From contig JBLDXI010000007.1 in the NCBI GenBank assembly GCA_047495785.1, positions 3,286,001-3,350,000 of the forward strand: a stretch of 64,000 nucleotides of DNA, read 5' to 3'. Made by a program: the position numbers and the translations under genes. The stretch's first letter is position 1. Each line of letters begins with the position of its first letter. The notes beneath the pieces are model-generated. The model saw nothing but the letters and a program-made list of their open reading frames with translations, did no database searches and had not been told where the DNA came from. Source of the stretch: Lepidodermella squamata (taxonomy: Eukaryota > Animalia > Gastrotricha). This document shows, one piece after another, positions 62,101-64,000 of this stretch.

Positions 62101-64000
62101 GAAGCCGACAGAAATTTCTTATCTGGCATAGACAACACTGTAACAGATAGGAAGCAAACGATCTTTGTATAGTGACTTTATATTCGAGCTGAATTCGCAA
62201 AGATGCGACACGCGACCACTTTATGCCGCCTAACGCCCGTTAAAAATTCAATTATTTAAAAAAAATCGACAGACGAAATAATCAATGTCAAATTTGTTGT
62301 GTTTTGGCGGATAAATACTAGATTTCTCGCGGTCTATCGAATGAGCCCAGCTAATCTTGCAGGCTCTCATAATTAATTTTCTAGCATTTTTGAAAACAGC
62401 TGTCTTTGCTGGTTTACGACAACTTTGCCACTCTTCTGCCGCGGTTGGCTTATCCGGAAATTTTCTGAAAATTTTCTGAAAATTAGTTTTTTCATGTTGA
62501 GAATCGTCTCTATCTGTCGATTTTATGGTCTATACCATGGAGGAATAGAAACTTTTACTGTTCTTCCATCGTTATAGTCATTCGATTGTGCGCGACGTGC
62601 GCGCTGGAGACTCAAGCGGGTATCAAAATCTCCTCATAGCGATTTTTCTCCGCAAGACTAGATACTTACGGTCTTGTAACATGTCTTGTCCAACAACAAT
62701 AAAAATCACACCGGTAAAGCGTGGCCAGGAGTGGATATCTAGGCAGGTAGCTATGACTTGGCGATGATTCACGTTTTGAGTTTTACAGGTGAGCGACTGC
62801 GTCGGATGAAAAGTCGCAACAGTATATAAATAATATTAATACTAATCTTTTCATTTAGTCAATGTCTATACCGATAAACGGTTTTGAAGAGGGCGAAGGC
62901 TGGCGAAAAGATAGAAATCACCCACCCCCTCAGTTGAAGATTCTACTTTTTCCGAGAAATTCATAATCATTAATTTTGTTAACAATCATGTGTTAACAAA
63001 AGTCGCAGGAGTATATAAAAATACCTAAAATATCTACTAAAAATACCTTAGTTTTTCGAGCTCTATCCGAAAAAAATGTTTCACGATGATCTGAAAACAT
63101 GGGTTGGGTAGTCGGTCAAATTGACATGGAATTGCCCCAATTCAATTTTGTTTGAATTATTCAAATAAATGTTTTAAATAATCTGTAATTATAACTTTTT
63201 CGACTTGCTACGTTCACTCAGATTTTTGCTACGGTACTTCAGATTTGCTACATAACACCGGGTGGTGCTACACTCGCACAGATTTTGAGCGCTCGTTGCG
63301 CTTCTCCTAATTCTGCTACACTCACTCAGGTTTTCGCAGCGCTCACCATTTAACTCAAGGTCGAATGGGAACGAAAGGAAAATTGTCTAATTTAACAATC
63401 CGATTTGAACTAAGGATACTGGGGTATAGAAATCGATAGGAAATGTTTCTATCAAAGCAGCTCGAAGGTGAGCTTACTGTCAATAGGTCGTTAGCAACTT
63501 GTAGTATCAGTCTGTACGTGCTTGTCCCACTGGAAGTGAATAACCCGGCACCTCCGCCTCCACAGGCTGCCGCCGATGTGTAATAGGGGATGCAGGGGAT
63601 AGTGCACGCAGTTGTGATTCCAGTTGGTTCGAAGTGCACCATGGTCCTTCCGTTGGTTTTCAACTCTTGAAGAATGTTGAGTCCATGAATGTTGTTGATC
63701 TTCTCGTAGGAACAACCAGAGGTAACTGAGCGAAATAGATGTCTTTAGCGAAGATATTATAATTATATTAAAGATTATTCCTTGCCATAAGTAAGAGAAG
63801 CAGCCGACAATAAGATGGATAGCCATCCTGGCTGGGCTGCTGCTGTGTTGTACGTTGCCGTTATATCCATTTCTGCCCGCCAGTTTTGAGCTGTGCCTGA
63901 GGCTAGGAACTTCAATTCGTAAACAAAGCCTGATTACAGACATTTTTAACGGGTATTTTTGCAGATAACCTGGCTGGATGATATTCGCCCAAAGTCTGCT
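59169..64000 (-). CDS. Stalked Cys-loop channel copy G with two lectin-like modules; 5' end lies outside the window
   Basis: Exons >64000-63970, 63909-63786 (GC donor), 63725-63478, 61798-60922, 60865-~60648, 60570-60221, 60171-59169. Cys-loop CVLKLRKFPFDSQTC. The junction near 60640 is uncertain. Confidence 0.75.
61858..63356. mobile_element. Mutator-like non-autonomous element in an intron of copy G
   Basis: Perfect 9-bp flanking duplication AAGGTCGAA (61849-61857 / 63357-63365). Inverted subterminal motifs GTGAACGTAGCA / TGCTACGTTCAC. Confidence 0.7.

Overview
Animal (invertebrate-type) genomic DNA with short introns, mostly 50-75 nt. The main feature is a minus-strand tandem array of seven paralogous Cys-loop (pentameric ligand-gated ion channel) genes, copies A-G, from 10.5 kb to the window end. 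They have an unusual architecture: signal peptide, a ~250-aa beta-rich domain resembling an L-type (ERGIC-53/VIP36-like) lectin fold, a 110-190-aa Ser/Thr mucin-like stalk, then a Cys-loop ectodomain and 4 TM helices. Copies A-F splice by hand into intact 759-847-aa ORFs with identical exon 2 (224 nt) and exon 3 (130 nt) sizes. Copy G carries two lectin-like modules. Other genes: a MACPF pore-forming protein, a Cys-rich 2-TM orphan, two GABA-B-like class C GPCRs, a 13-exon nAChR-like channel with a very large cytoplasmic loop, a frameshifted intronless Cys-loop gene and an isolated CUB-kringle exon. Mobile DNA includes a 7-kb EnSpm/CACTA-like element containing a Sola-like transposase gene, three TA-flanked Tc1/mariner-type elements, a Mutator-like element, a hAT MITE and two LINE remnants. 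Remnants of dead array paralogs are also present. All splice models and family assignments were made by eye; no database search was run.
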